A stretch of DNA of 64,000 bases, from NCBI GenBank assembly GCA_043228905.1, contig JBHGNT010000006.1, positions 17,112,001 to 17,176,000 of the forward strand. The letters are read 5' to 3'. A program made the position numbers and the translations under genes. This DNA is from Azolla caroliniana (Eukaryota; Plantae; Polypodiophyta). The notes under the pieces are model-generated. The model ran no database searches and was not told the DNA's origin. It saw nothing but the letters and a program-made list of their open reading frames with translations. Numbering within the stretch: position 1 is the stretch's first letter; each line of letters begins with the position of its first letter. Positions 63,383-64,000 of this stretch are shown piece after piece.

Positions 63383-64000
63383 CCCACCATTTTAAAAAAT
63401 AACATTACTCAATGTGTACATAGGATGTGCTCAGTGAGCACTTTTATACAAGTCCATACGGACTGACAGAAGTACTGACACCTACTTCGATGCTCATAAA
63501 TGAGCTCTACACTAACTCCCAAAATGTATTCCTACACGGAATATCTTTTCAACGGCCTCACGGTTTACGCACCGTTGCGGCTTCTTGTTGTGCACCGATT
63601 TGTGCACCGGTTTACGCACTTAATTTACGCACCAGTCTGCCCTAACCGATCCGTCCCAACCGATCCGATTCTCGACTTGCACAATCGATCTGGCCAATGT
63701 TGAGCTTGTATCTCAACACTCCCCCTCAAGCTCAACTTGAGGCTCTTCAGGTTCTTCCAGATCACCACTCTGGTTTCTTCTAGCTTCGTGCCTCGCTCGC
63801 GCTCCTCGACCTATTCGATTCCGCGCGCCTCGACCCTTCCGGTCAGCGTGTGTGCTCGTGCGACCCTTCTCAATTCCCTTGTTGTCGCAGTGTTGGAGCC
63901 TCTTCGGCTGCCCCTTCTTCCGCTTGGCCCTAGGTTGATTCGGTGTCTCCGAATCAAACATCCAAACCGAATCGGCTTCCTCCGATCAGTTTTCGCTCTC
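63248..64000 (-). mobile_element. Copia L: 3' LTR (63248-63718), PPT and 3' UTR; inserted in K and continuing beyond the window
   Basis: The LTR is a reverse-complement homolog of the I LTRs; CTCCCCCTC follows at 63719. Confidence 0.88.

Overview
The whole 64 kb is a cluster of nested LTR retrotransposons from a land-plant genome; I find no host gene. A non-seed plant such as a bryophyte is suggested by the Tcn1-like and fungal-like Gypsy lineages, but that is inference. About 18 insertions can be resolved from LTR termini, PBS/PPT and target-site duplications (TSDs). An old minus-strand Copia (A1) is split by a sister Copia (A2, 1975-40101). A2 carries a non-autonomous element B (3023-5962), a solo LTR (6303-7052), a chromovirus D (8935-21933) holding a near-intact tRNA-Trp-primed Gypsy P (12424-19793), a deleted Copia E (22481-33592) holding a chromovirus J (24624-31717), and a Copia F (34149-39228). 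The right third holds a Gypsy G with a large extra 3' ORF (42151-51087), a rearranged relative H, Copias I, K and L, and further solo LTRs. Top signals: (1) B and G have no polypurine tract; a conserved, covarying tRNA-3'-end mimic ending in CCA abuts the 3' LTR instead, giving a second PBS on the opposite strand. (2) Several unrelated LTR families carry tRNA-type A/B boxes, antisense in U3 where orientation is known. (3) All TGTCG..CGACA elements with intact ends make 4-bp TSDs centred on CpG. (4) Two elements have -1 frameshift heptamers followed by H-type pseudoknots. All coordinates were read by eye and no database searches were run.
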